Below, one piece after another: positions 16,930 through 30,359 of a stretch of 64,000 nt of DNA. The DNA lies in contig NIVC01001497.1 of assembly GCA_002269645.1 (NCBI GenBank), positions 62,001-126,000 of the forward strand, in the 5' to 3' direction. Source of the DNA: Macrostomum lignano. Taxonomy: Eukaryota. How positions within the stretch are numbered: the first letter of the stretch is position 1; each line of letters starts with the position of its first letter. A program made the position numbers and the translations under genes. Below the pieces are notes generated by a model. That model worked only from the letters and a program-made list of their open reading frames with translations, did no database searches and was not told the DNA's origin.

Positions 16930-18669
16930 TCAGCAAGTGGTCACGACCATGACGCAGCCGCCGTCGGCGCTGCCGGCACTTCGGCAGCCGCCCGATCGCT
17001 TCCTAGCCCTCAGCGGCTGCTCTGCATCATTTCTCTCCCTAGAGCCGTCGGGCTCCGTTTCCTCTGCACCATCGCCGACGCTGCCGCCGCCGCCGCCGGC
17101 GTCGCCCCGGCACAGATAGCGCACTATCTGGATTAGCAAATCCATGATCTCCACAATCCAGATCAGCGTCACGCCGATCCACATCGAGAACAGGCCTCCA
17201 ACCTGGCTCAGCGTGCTGGGCAGGGTGCGCACCGCCTTCTCCTCGAACATCTTCACCATGTGGTCCTTCTTGGCGATCTTCACCGTGAGGAAGCTGCGGC
17301 TGATCAAGCTGTCCTCGTGCAGCGCCGCCGCGGCGCCCGGCTCGCCTCTTTTCAGCGCCTTCTTGATATTGGCGTAGTGTTGGACAATCTCTTTGTAGTG
17401 ACCGCCCCTGCCGCGCTCGCTATGGCTGAGCATGCCGGCAAAGTCCAGGTGGAACGAGTGCCTCGGCCAGCCGGCCTGGGACACGATGGTCTCGTAGGTG
17501 TAGTGAAAGCACGGCTCCCCGCACTGGCCCGTGCTGTTGTGCGCAATGCCGTTGTAGCATCGGGACGCCTTGGCCGCCCGGTTCAACTGGTCGGCGGTGA
17601 TGTTCGCGACGCTGCCGAACGCCTCGCAAGGCCGGAGATCCCGGCTGGCCAGGCCTGGTGGCTCCGGCAGGGTGGCCGTGTAGCAGCCGCACTTGGCCAC
17701 GATGGTGGCCTGCTTGCTCAGGCTGTCGCACAGGCGCGAGCTGTAGGCGAACTCCTCCCCGGAGGCCACGCGCAGTCTGGCGGGCACCTCGCCGCTGCAC
17801 TGGCCCCAGGGCGGCTCCAGCCGGTGCCAGGCGTTTGGCACAATTTTCACCTCGGTGAAGGTGCCCGGCATGACGTTGAAGCCGTCCTTGCTGATGTCCG
17901 GGTAGGAGCCCTGCTCGTGCAGCACCAGCCGAGCGCCCCAGGCCAGCGTGTTGACGTCCACCATGAGGCAGTCGATACAGTAGCTCTCGTTTGCTGAGTA
18001 GTCCAAGAACACCTGCATCTCCGTATAGATCACCTTGCTGGCGTACTCCGGCCTGATGTTGTACATGTAACAGTTCAGATGGTCGGGGTGGTCGATGCGC
18101 CGCCACTCTCCGATCTCGTGACAAAGGATGTGGCCGACAGGCGGCTCTTCGTTGGGTTTGAGGACCACGGCGAAGCACTTGGTGACCAGCTGGTTGATGC
18201 TGTGGCCCAGCTCCGTGTAGTTGAAGTCCTTGTCGGGCAGGTTGTACCAATAGTGCAGGTGATTCAGCAGGCTGTTCTTGTACGGGTCCATGGTGCCGTT
18301 GCTGGTGGCCGAGATCAGCCTGAGCAGGGCGCGCCAGTACTGCCTGGGCGTTGGCCAGCCGCGCTCCCTGATGACCTCCCGGCCCCGCCGAGATAGCGGG
18401 TTCTGATTGCACAGCGTGAAGCTCGGGAACGTGGCGCTTTGGTCCAGCCGACTTTTCGGCTGCTGAATGGTGTCAAACTGCAGGTACTGGCGCACGATCT
18501 CGTGCAGGTTGACCAGGCAGCCGATGAACAGGCCGGAGACGCAGACCAGCCACATGATTCTGATCCAGCCTTTGGCGCGGACAATCTGCGGAATGCCCCG
18601 CAGCGAGGTGCGCATAGCGAAGCTGACAAAGATCTGGCGCATGCCGCCCGGCCGCCTGGCCTGACCCAT
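16930..18669 (-). CDS. DEG/ENaC-family amiloride-sensitive channel subunit, single exon, 579 aa
   Basis: TM1 IMWLVCVSGLFIGCLVNL, FPSFTLCNQN, GHSINQLVTKC, HPDHLNCY, GARLVLHEQ, Cys-rich thumb (CDSLSKQ..KCGC..C..C..C..PC) and TM2 QVGGLFSMWIGVTLIWIVE. Confidence 0.92.
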   Translation of the reverse strand: MGQARRPGGMRQIFVSFAMRTSLRGIPQIVRAKGWIRIMWLVCVSGLFIGCLVNLHEIVRQYLQFDTIQQPKSRLDQSATFPSFTLCNQNPLSRRGREVIRERGWPTPRQYWRALLRLISATSNGTMDPYKNSLLNHLHYWYNLPDKDFNYTELGHSINQLVTKCFAVVLKPNEEPPVGHILCHEIGEWRRIDHPDHLNCYMYNIRPEYASKVIYTEMQVFLDYSANESYCIDCLMVDVNTLAWGARLVLHEQGSYPDISKDGFNVMPGTFTEVKIVPNAWHRLEPPWGQCSGEVPARLRVASGEEFAYSSRLCDSLSKQATIVAKCGCYTATLPEPPGLASRDLRPCEAFGSVANITADQLNRAAKASRCYNGIAHNSTGQCGEPCFHYTYETIVSQAGWPRHSFHLDFAGMLSHSERGRGGHYKEIVQHYANIKKALKRGEPGAAAALHEDSLISRSFLTVKIAKKDHMVKMFEEKAVRTLPSTLSQVGGLFSMWIGVTLIWIVEIMDLLIQIVRYLCRGDAGGGGGSVGDGAEETEPDGSRERNDAEQPLRARKRSGGCRSAGSADGGCVMVVTTC

Positions 18670-21600
18670 GACTGCTCAATCTGCGGCTCGATTCCGCCTT
18701 GCCTTAAGGTCCGCTGTCTGTGGGATTTGAACTCAGTTTCTTAGCCTTGAGAATGAGCTCCCTTCCAGCCAATCAGGAGGAACCGGGGGTTCCCCTGTCA
18801 CAGCTGCTCAAGTTTCTGCTCAGCCTCTCTCAGTCCTGCGCGCAGTTCGGAAACTTCACAACGTTCCATTTAGATTCAAATCAATTGATCTTTGATGAGT
18901 GATTGGGGAATACAAATATCCCTCATCATGCTTATTCGCCCTCACTAAACTATGTATTATAGTTACTGGTGATTCAAGATACCCCCTAAAAATTAGCATG
19001 ATTAATTTTACTTTTATATCTGTACAAGTCTAAAACCTTTTCGTCGGTAACTACATGTACAGGTTTTTACGGTTATTCGATCAGGCAGTCGCGTACTTTT
19101 ATTATAGTTAATTAAAAAATTCAACAGCCGTTTTAGTAGCGCTTCTTGTTAATTACGAGTAATTAGAACGTCTACCACATGTGCTTCTTGCATCAGCTCT
19201 GACTCCGTTGGAAACTGGCCTTCACCCAGGCGGGGCTTCTGGACCTTCAACAGGTGGCACCTGTGAATTTCTCCGATGTCTCTGATCAAGCTTCAATAGT
19301 GGGCAAGCCCTCAACTTCTGAATATCCAGACGCGATCAATTTTTTTCAAGATATTAAATTCGTTTAAGACAGTGCCTTAAGTGTTTAAATGTACTTTAAG
19401 ACTGTTTAGCGCTGGAGCTCTGCAGTTTCTATTTTATAATAAACAGGTTTGAGCAGTTGTTTACTCAAGGTATTTTCGATGCTAAAATTATCTTGAAAAA
19501 AACATGCAGTACGCCCAGCTAGCGAAGCAGCGGCCTCTCAGCAGCTCGGAAGCAGAGAAGTCCGGAAGCAGTTCTCCCCTCTCTTCGATGAAGTTTTATG
19601 CAATACTTTGACTAGGAGGAAACTACATACCTCTATAGTCCCCTGAGCTGCATCCGGCGAAATAAGTCAAGTATTTTATGGCTAAGTAAAGACACAGGAA
19701 AACTTTTTTCTTGAATTATTATGGACGATGCGGTCATTCAGACAGCGGATGCGATGCCTATTCAGCTCGCAGATATTTGCTCTTTGCTGCATACGAGTCT
19801 ACTATAGCTTCCTAGGGGTCATTGGTTTTATTGCAGGCCTTCCATAGGGAAAGACTGTCATCAAAGCTACGCTCCTTACTAGGTTTACTTTGAGCGAGTT
19901 TTAACGTATAACTTAGAATAATTCTAGCTCAATCTCTACGACCCGCATTCACCATGCTCATGTATTTTTAAGCATTATACTTTCAGTCTCCGCCAGTCTG
20001 CTAGTTCAAGCACTTCTCATCGGCTCTAAAAAAACACATGGACATCTGAGTATTGCCACAAGGACCACTATAGGAATTATGACGCCTAGCTATTTGGATA
20101 ATGCCTATATGCAATTAATGATTTTGAGATCTAGAGAACTACTCGATCTCTATTGCCAATTAAAACACACACTTTGGTGATGGGTAGCAGAATTCGAGCT
20201 TGGGCAGATTTCTAAAAAAGGCCGCTTCGATTCAGCGCATATCTTATATATGGCCCCGTAGCCTTTTCTCAGACTTTTTTATGCAATTTGCGTCACAAAC
20301 CGCGGCTCTGAGTTGAATTAGAGCTACCAATATTGGTTTCTGGGTGGAAAATACGACGTAAAAACGTGTTGCTGAGTGTACGAGCGTGGTTTGTCACATT
20401 ATTTTTACTTTTTTAATGCATTTTTGCCTGGCTATGCATTAAGAAACAGGAAAGAAAGGCCGTGGGAGCCTTTAGACAAATTGTCACACTTTATACACGT
20501 AAAATAGATAACGTCACACGTTTTAGACACGCTAGATAGATCACTTCACACGATAGATATGTAGGTAGATAATGCTTAAATGAATTTCTCTTCTGCCGAC
20601 GGTTGGCGATAGATTTGAACAGCATAAAATGATTTCGGATTCCTAAATCCACTCAAATATTCAACACGTACGTATGGGGATCTGTGCAGCATGCGGGAGG
20701 CCGTTGGATGCTCCAGCTCAAATAGTCTCTTTTTCTGCCTGGCATTAACATTCACTGAATTATTGATTTATTCAGCTACATCAAAAGGCGTCAATGACGC
20801 GCGCATCCAAAGCAACAATTTCAGCATCTGCTCGTCATCTAATACTGTAAATTTATGCCGTTTAATTGACATTTTCTGTCTCGTACATGTATTAATTCGC
20901 ATCCTCGATAGATCGAGCTCAGCTTTAACAGTTCCTTCCTTGCCCACGACTATCTACGTTCGATGATAGCAAAACACCTTTAGATATAATTGAAAGAACC
21001 CCATTAGAATTTCAAAACCATAATGTTCTTTAGTAGGAACTTGTGGATTTTTTTATACATGTCGTTCTAAAATTGAAGAAAAAAGCTGATTGGCTTGATA
21101 TATAACTTACGATAGAATCATTCATGTATTAGCAGACTTGTTTCTGTTTTGGGCCTGATACGCCCAAGCAATGCTACCTTAATTCTGGCAGTAGATTAAA
21201 TTATTTTAGGCGGCCGAAACTAGCGCATATGCCTTGGGCCATAGAGAAACCGAATGGTAGTAGGGTTGCATTACTCCAACACAAACAAGTGTAGATTACA
21301 AAAACCCTACGGATATCAATAAAAGCTATGAAAAATTCAAGTCATATCAAAAGATGAACATTTAGGTCTGTCTCATTGATGAATAAAACCATGGTCTGAA
21401 AAATTAAAACCTCCATTCTCCGTAATGTATTTTTCGTTAAAGCCTGCCTTCTAAAATTTCCAAGAAATAAAAAGTTCATTGCGCGGAATCATATTAGGAT
21501 TTTTTCAGAACACTTTATTCGTCGTTTTGTTTCATTCTTCCTTCATTCTTTCATTTTTTCTATTTAGTTTCAGCATTTTCTTTTTTTGTTATACATATAT

Positions 21601-22668
21601 TTACACTACCGACACAAATTTAACATTAAAAAGGACGCATATTTCTTTGCATACTTCGAAATAAAAGTTGTTGTGAGGCTGACGATAGCCGACGTTAAAT
21701 AAAACGAAAGGCTAAGCATTCTTTTCTAGTCATGTAAAATCACGAAAATCAGATTCACTTGAAAGATGTCGTCACAAGTAGTTACTTCAATCAATGTGAG
21801 TGTAATAATTTTCTCATTTGTCTTGTATTGATCTTTGAATTACTTCCTACTAGTTTTATTCCTAATTACTGAAATCTGTTAACAATGCAACTTTTATATT
21901 TTACAGTAAAGATAAATAAACGAAGATCAATCAATTAGTTAGTCAATCGTTTTGTAAAAGTTTTGATGCGTTAAAGTTTCTTTCGCTTACGAGCTTGTAT
22001 ATTAGCTATAATTTTTAGATGTGGAAATCATTTTTAATTTCAATTTCTAAGCATGATGTGCATTTATTTTTTGGCACCTGCTCTAGCTTTTTTGAACAAT
22101 AAAAGTGTTCAAAGTTTTTAGCAGTTAAAATCACATCAATTTTAATTTCAGATTCAAAGGAATGAGTGTCTCAGGGTATAAACATTAGCTGCTATATTTC
22201 TTTGAAAATTTTGAAACTGCTACTTGGATAACCAGAGATTATATTTTTAAAATGAAGAAATTTTTAGTTTTCGGAATCACAGATTCTCAGTTCATTATAA
22301 TGCATTTATTCGAATATAGTAGAATTATTTAGTCTGAATAAACTTGTATTTTATTATTTGTGCCTGGCCCTGTAATTCTACTTTGAAGCTCACTATAAAA
22401 AATTATTCTTTTTTAAGATGAAAGTATCTTGTCACATCTTTTGCCTTCTATCAAGATACTTACATTTATTTTAGGAACAAAATACTGCGTAAAAATTGAA
22501 ACAAAAACTGTACTTTTATAGCTGTCTTGAAAAAAATTCCGTTAGAATCTGGGATGTGTTTGAACAGAAAATAAACTCATGGAGGATCTGAGAGTCCAGA
22601 AAGCTACGTCACTACACTGTTTATATATCTGCTATATTCATGTTTCAATCAAACCATCACAAACCGCA

Positions 22669-24090
22669 ATGCCAATCGTCCAGCTCGATTTGTTCAACCC
22701 GTCGCCGGAGCAGCAGAGCAGAGCCCGAATCGCCTACGCCATCAACGTGTTCGACGTGCTGCCCCTGCCAGCCCTGCTAGTCGTGGTGTTCCTCGCCTAC
22801 TCCATCGTGCTGCTGCTGTTCCGCTTCCTGGCCTATCGGGTTGTCAGCGAAGCCGGCGAGCCGAGCAGCGAGCCCAGCGGGCCGGGGCCTCTCCGCTCCT
22901 GCTGCCTTTGCTGCCTGTCCTGCGCCGACGCCTGCGACTGCTGCGACAGTCGGGGCACCGTGGCCGGCTGCTTGAACGGCGTCTGTCCGCACAGGCGCAG
23001 CGGCGTCAAGTACTCGGATGTCATGCTCTGCCACACTTGCGGGGTGAGCACGGACTGATTGAGGCGAAACCTTTAACTGCTTCATCCCACCATTAGACAC
23101 TTTAGTACTTGACCTCACCTGACACCCCGATACCTCATATGACACTCCGATACCTCATCTGACGCTCCGATACCTCATCTGACAGCCGAATACCTCATCT
23201 GACACCCCGATACCTCATTTGACACCCGAATACCTCACCTGACACCCCGATACCTCATTTGACACCCGAATACCTCACCTGATACCCGAATACCTCCTCT
23301 GACATCCCAATACCTGATCTGACATCCCAATACCTCATCTGACATCCCCATACCTCATCTGACACCCGAATACCTCATCTGACACCCGAATACTTCATCT
23401 GACACCCAATACCTCATCTGACACCCGAATACCTCATCTGACACCCGAATACCTCATCTGACATCCCAATACCTCATCTGACACCCAATACCTCATCTGA
23501 CACCCGAATACCTCATCTGACATCCCAAATACATCATTTGACACCCCAATACCTCATCTGACATCCCAATACCTCATCTGACACCCGAATACCTCACCTG
23601 ACACCCGAATACCTCCTCTGACATCCCAATACCTGATCTGACATCCCAATACCTCATCTGACATCCCAATACCTCATCTGACATCCCCATACCTCATCTG
23701 ACATCCCCATACCTCATCTGACACCCGAATACCTCATCTGACATCCCAATACCTCATCTGACATCCCAATACCTGATCTGACATCCCAATACCTCATCTG
23801 ACATCCCCATACCTCATCTGACACCCGAATACCTCATCTGACACCCGAATACTTCATCTGACACCCAATACCTCATCTGACACCCGAATACCTCATCTGA
23901 CATCCCAATACCTCATCTGACACCCGAATACCTCATCTGACACCCCAATACCTCATCTGACACCCAAATTCAGCGTTCCACCGTCGACTGCTGCGACGCA
24001 GACTGCGATGATTGCCTTTGCTTCTGCTTCGAGTGCAAGTTCCGGCCTCGGGGCCAGGCGCTGCTGGGCAGGCAGGAGCCGCTGGACTGA
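22669..24090 (+). CDS. Uncharacterised 163-aa single-TM protein with Cys-rich C-terminal half, 2 exons: 22669-23043, 23974-24090
   Basis: GC-rich coding-like codon usage; donor GGG|GTGAGC and acceptor TTCAG|CGT, both phase 0. The exon 2 translation RSTVDCCDADCDDCLCFCFECKFRPRGQALLGRQEPLD* continues the Cys-rich pattern. Confidence 0.75.
23105..23967. repeat. 19-20-bp array (TACCTCATCTGACACCCGAA) filling the intron of the Cys-rich gene
   Basis: Direct inspection. Confidence 0.93.
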
Positions 24091-24499
24091 TTGACCTTCA
24101 GATGACCTTCCAATTGACTGAAGACCATTTATATACTGTAAACACTGGTTGATTTATTGAACTTCATTCACTCTAGTTACTCTTGTATTATTACAATCTG
24201 TCATAAGTGTGCAATATTTTAACTTTTTCTACATTCTACTTTAAGTAGTGCAAAAAAACACTTTTATTCTAATATAAAATGCTGGTCATATTTCATTCGC
24301 TGAATCAATGCTGTGAGTTAATTTTTTGATGAATTGAGAATTCAAATTTTCATAATACCAAGATGGTTGTTCGTATAAAACTTACTTTTGATGATTTTAC
24401 TTGATCCATTGTGCACCCAATCTTACATGTAAGTCCTAATGGTAAAGTCTCTGCAATTATATACTACACTGATGGTCCCTGGTATCGGAAGTGGGCGTT

Positions 24500-25445
24500 T
24501 ATTTGTCTGTGCTAGGTGGGTGTTTATTTGTCTGATTCGATTAGCTGTTTATTTGTCTGATTCGGTTAGGTGTTTATTTGTCTGATTCGGTTAGCTGTTT
24601 ATTTGTCTGATTCGGTTAGGTGTTTATTTGTCTGATTCGGTTAGGTGTTTATTTGTCTGATTCGGTTAGGTGTTTATTTGTCTGATTCGGTTAGGTGTTT
24701 ATTTGTCTGATTCGGTTAGGTGTTTATTTGTCTGATTGGGGTAGTTGTTTATTTGTCTGATTGGGGTAGTTGTTTATTTGTCTGATTGGGGTGGTTGTTT
24801 ATTTGTCTGATTAAGGTGGTTGTTTATTTGTCTGATTGGGGTAGTTGTTTATTTGTCTGATTGGGGTGGTTGTTTATTTGTCTGATTGGGGTGGTTGTTT
24901 ATTTGTCTGATTGGGGTAGTTGTTTATTTGTCTGATTGGGGTGGTTGTTTATTTGTCTGATTGGGGTAGGTGTTTATTTGTCTGATTGGGGTGGCTGTTT
25001 ATTTGTCTGATTAAGGTGGTTGTTTATTTGTCTGATTGGGGTGGTTGTTTATTTGTCTGATTGGGGTAGGTGTTTATTTGTCTGATTGGGGTGGTTGTTT
25101 ATTTGTCTGATTGGGGTGGTTGTTTATTTGTCTGATTGGGGTAGGTGTTTATTTGTCTGATTGGGGTGGTTGTTTATTTGTCTGATTGGGGTGGTTGTTT
25201 ATTTGTCTGATTGGGGTGGTTGTTTATTTGTCTGATTGGGGTGGCTGTTTATTTGTCTGATTGGGGTGGTTGTTTATTTGTCTGATTGGGGTGGTTGTTT
25301 ATTTGTCTGATTGGGGTGGTTGTTTATTTGTCTGATTGGGGTGGTTGTTTATTTGTCTGATTGGGGTGGTTGTTTATTTGTCTGATTGGGGTGGTTGTTT
25401 ATTTGTCTGATTGGGGTGGTTGTTTATTTGTCTGATTGGGGTGGG
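24500..25445. repeat. 25-bp array (TGTTTATTTGTCTGATTGGGGTGGT)
   Basis: Period 25 at 25261/25286. Confidence 0.93.
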
Positions 25446-25984
25446 GGTTTTCAGTAGAATCAAGTAAATCATCTCAAAGTACATTAATTAATCTGTTGTA
25501 ATGCAATAAAACTCGGTTGCCCAGCAACATACGAGCTAAATAAATCATAAATAATTTATCTAATAAAATCACACGATTGGTAAATCTGGCGTCCTTCTGC
25601 TTTGCCACGTCATCAGCGCAGATTCGAACTGCTCGATTCGAGACGCCGCAGACTGTCGGATTTTGCAGCAGTTGAAGAATTTCCAGGTCTTGAGATGCAA
25701 GCGCACTGTAACGTCTGAGTTCAAAAGACATTGCAGTACATTCCACTTCAATCAGGAAACATCAGGCCCGACGTCTGGACGGAGCAAATTGAAGGCTTCA
25801 ACTAAACTGATGAAGCAGCATTTTAGTTACATATCGCGCCCAATTACCCGACCCACCACCGTCTGGCCCGCGCCATGTTCGACCTCAGGAGCCGATCAGC
25901 CTTTTTGCTGTCCTCCGCTTCGCCCGCGTCTTCTCCCTAAACAGCTTTCCTTCTGAGTTCGGAATTAAAAAGCTCTCTCTCTGC

Positions 25985-26868
<884 letters not shown>

Positions 26869-27374
26869 TTTATTTATTTGTGAGAACAGTATCTATGCAC
26901 GTTCAGCCCCCGTGAAAACCTTACCAAACGCTGCTTTCAAAGATAGTAGTTGAGAACATTTGGATGAGCTTGTCAGTTAAGAGAGGCCACACCGCCATCC
27001 ACTCGTGTTTTTTACCAGCCATAGCTAATGTTTTTTTCGGGGAAAATCGTGGAATTTTCCATTTGCAGCGAAATTATACGCCCGAGGCTTCATGAGCTCT
27101 TTGACAGTGACTACTTAAGTCATGCAGGTAACCCGGCGGCTCACTCATTACACCTGCCAAGCACTGCTACTCACAACTGGCCATAATTGACGCGTGGCTG
27201 ACCAACACCGCACTACACTATGCTAGCTTCGTTTGGCAGCTGAGTACTCGTAAAACAAAAGCTTTAACTAAAAATTTTTCTCGCTATCATTTGCGCCGAG
27301 AATTTTGAATAAAGTGAAAAGAGTTCTTCCAGTTTGAGACTGCTGCATTTATGCAAATAAACCATGAGTTCCAA

Positions 27375-27870
27375 TCTAATCTCACCGCTTCTACTATCCT
27401 CTGCACCAATCTAATCTCACTGCTTTCACTCTCCTCTCCACTCCAATCTAATCTCACTGCTTCTACTCTCCTCTTCACCAATCTAATCTCAGTGCTGTCA
27501 CTCTCCACTCCACCAATCTAATCTGACTGCTTCCATTCTCATCCCCACCAATCTAATCTCACTGCTTCTAGTCTCATCTCCACCAATCTAATCTCACTGC
27601 TTCTACTCTCCTCTCCACCAATCTAATCTCACTGCTTTCACTCTCCTCTCCACCAATCTAATCTCACTGCTTTCACTCTCCTCTCCACCAATCTAATCTC
27701 ACTGCTTCTACTCTCCTCTCCACCAATCTAATCTCACTGCTTCCATTCTCCCCACCAATCTAATCTCACTGCTTCCATTCTCCCCACCAATCTAATCTCA
27801 CTGCTTCTAGTCTCATCTTCACCAATCTAATCTCACTACTTCTACTCTCCTCTTCACCAATATAATCTCA
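27375..27870. repeat. 31-35-bp array (CACCAATCTAATCTCACTGCTTCTACTCTCCTCTC)
   Basis: Period 35 at 27621/27656. Confidence 0.9.
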
Positions 27871-28640
27871 CTACTTCCGCTATCTGCTCTCCTTTCCATA
27901 GCAGACTTTCAAAAAATGCTTTCGAACTTTTAAAGATATTAATGAATTATAATTGAAATATTGATACCTTGTTATTTACGTAATTGTCTTAATAAATGTT
28001 ATCACCGAATACTGCATGACATTAAATAAAGAATGCGGTTTTAGATACTGTGTATGAATTTGAAATAGAAAGTTCACTCAATTTTTTGCCAAACGAAAAG
28101 TTTTGATCGAAAACTACAAAGGTGTTTGAAAGAATCCCATTTTTCCTGTTTTAAACAGTACACAGAATCAGTGAATCAGAGAACTAAGCTAAATTCCGCT
28201 AACTAAAAATTTGTACACGCGTGTAGGATATTGGGTAATATACGTAGAATATACTCAATTTTCACTGTAGCATTGGAAGATTGTTTAGTAAGGATACAAA
28301 TAAACAACTGCGCATTGTAATTTTTTCCATATGATTCAAAATGTACATTTGAGAGAAACTGTGTAGAACACCATTGCTATTGTATCTTGGTATTTGTAAT
28401 AATGAATAAACAACACTCAAAATAAATAGAGAACTTAGTGGGTAATAGTTTCGCCCTCAGCCAATAGACATCGCTGGAGGGAGGTAGGAGGTGTTACTTA
28501 TGTTGCCACAGCCAATGAGAGAGGTCGCTCAGGATAGGGTGTGGCTAGCGTGGCCTTGCAGCCAATGAGAGGTCGCTTAGGATAGAGTGTGGCTAGCGTG
28601 GCCTTGCAGCCAATGAGAGATCGCTTAGGATAGGGTGCGG

Positions 28641-29851
28641 CTAGCGTGGCCCCGGTCTGTAACCCTCGTCCTCGAAATTGTGTTTCACGCGGAACTCGTA
28701 CCTCTGCTTCTGCGTCTCGTACTTCTCCAGCTTCTCCTCGATGTCGTCCTCCTCGGACTCGCTATCCGCCATGCCAATCAGGGTGGCCGCCATGACGCCG
28801 GCGCACTTGGAGCGTTTTTTGTGCACAACCCAGCGCTCTTTGTCGCTGCAGTGGTAGCCGCAACGGCAGTAAGCTTGTCGTCGATGGTAATTTGGAACGT
28901 ATGGAGGCAGAGAACTTGCTGGGGAATATAGTGTGGAGCGTGTAGTGCAATAGTAGAATAGAGAGTGGTTATTTCATATTTTTAACTTTCAATGATTAAA
29001 CTGTAAAGTATGATTAAAATAAAATCAAAAGTAAACAGCGACTATTCTGAAAATCTTTCAGTCAACGCTGGACTCCGCCACTGCACTTACCAAAGCTGTG
29101 TGCGTTTTATGCAGCTTAGTGTCTGTCTGCCTGTCTCACTGACTATTGAGTTATCGATTGGGCACCCCATGCGCCCACCAACCCATCTGTCACCCCATGC
29201 GCCCACCACCCCATCTGTCACCCCATGCGCCCACCACCCCATCTGTCACCCCATGCGCCCACCACCCCATCTGTCACCCCATGCGCCCACCACCCCATCT
29301 GTCACCCCATGCGCCCACCACCCCCATCTGTCACCCCATGCGCCCACTATCCCATCTGTCACTGTAACCCATGCGCCCACAACCCTTTCACTCCATGCGC
29401 CCACCATCCCATCTGTCACCCCATGCATCCAACAACCCATCTTGCACCACATGCGCCTCGACACTCCAGCAGACATCGCGAGGTTTAATTACTATATATT
29501 GCGAATTGCTTTTATCTGTTTTCAATATATCAAAGCTAAACTATCGCCTGCCCTGTTTTGCCACATTGTCTTGCCCAGTTAAACTCTAAATGACGCAACA
29601 ATACGACCTATATTCTGATTAGATTCCAGTTTACAAATCGCCAACTCACAATTTTTCCTAACACACGCCGACGACGCTGGCTGCTCCGCTTGCAGCTCGT
29701 CGACGGCAGCAGCAACGGCTGCCGCCGACGACTCAGGAGAGTCGCCACAGCCGCCGCCGCCGCCGTCGCTACTGATGCTGCTGTTGTTGCTCTTCCTCAG
29801 GCGGTCTCGCCGAAGTCTACGAGTAGACTGAGCACTGCTGCTGTCCGACAT
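28641..29851 (-). CDS. Uncharacterised 159-aa protein with C2HC-like zinc finger and acidic tail, 2 exons: 29851-29650, 28918-28641
   Basis: Donor AAT T|GTGAGT (phase 1) matches acceptor TTCCCCAG|CA (phase 1). The spliced frame is open for 480 nt and includes YCRCGYHCSDKERWVVHKKRSKC and DSESEEDDIEEKLEKYE. Confidence 0.68.
29165..29420. repeat. 28-bp array (CCCCATGCGCCCACCACCCCATCTGTCA) in the intron of the zinc-finger gene
   Basis: Period 28 at 29221/29249. Confidence 0.9.
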
Positions 29852-30359
29852 TCAGCTAAGGAGCGTTTGAGAAGTGCTAAACTGACCAGCTGTGCCTGTC
29901 TTCTCTCAACAGTTGCTCTGCTCTGCTCTGCTCTGCTCTCGCTGTTTTTGTAAGCAGAGAACGCAAATAAAGTAGGGGGGGGGTAGTTGAGCTCGCACAC
30001 GAGAGCTTCGAACACAATAGGGGGAGGGACTGCACCGTATGAGCGTTGAGAAGAAAGTGGAGGCGGAGAGCCAGCCTGCTCTCTCACCCGCCTCGTTATA
30101 TGTGCTCAAAATTTGGCAATTACTTTTCTTCATAGCTTTTATGATATGCTAGTGGCCCTATTCTCGAGGTCGAAGACGGGAAGTTCTGGCGCACTCTGAG
30201 TCATGACATAAAAACAGACTCGCTGCGCTGCCACTACTAGAGTAGTGCAGAAGCAACTCGAATTCTTCCCTATTTGGCTGATACGGCTTGAGCCCTGCTT
30301 TTTTGTGTCAGGTGTCACTTGACAGTGTCATGTCATAGTCATGTGTTTTGTGACATTTG

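Noticed and set aside
17260-18412. 245-aa and 330-aa overlapping ORFs in the ENaC gene; similar shadow ORFs over ALDH, AGGF1, nAChR and SULT
   Set aside because: These are antisense or alternate-frame shadows caused by high GC3 codon usage, with no recognisable motifs.
18750-19700. Possible small exons or a uORF upstream of ENaC (e.g. MERCEVSELRAGLREAEQKLEQL*)
   Set aside because: The fragments could not be joined in phase and are indistinguishable from chance without transcript data.
25474-25956. Short protein-like frames between two satellites
   Set aside because: No consistent spliced model or recognisable motif could be built.
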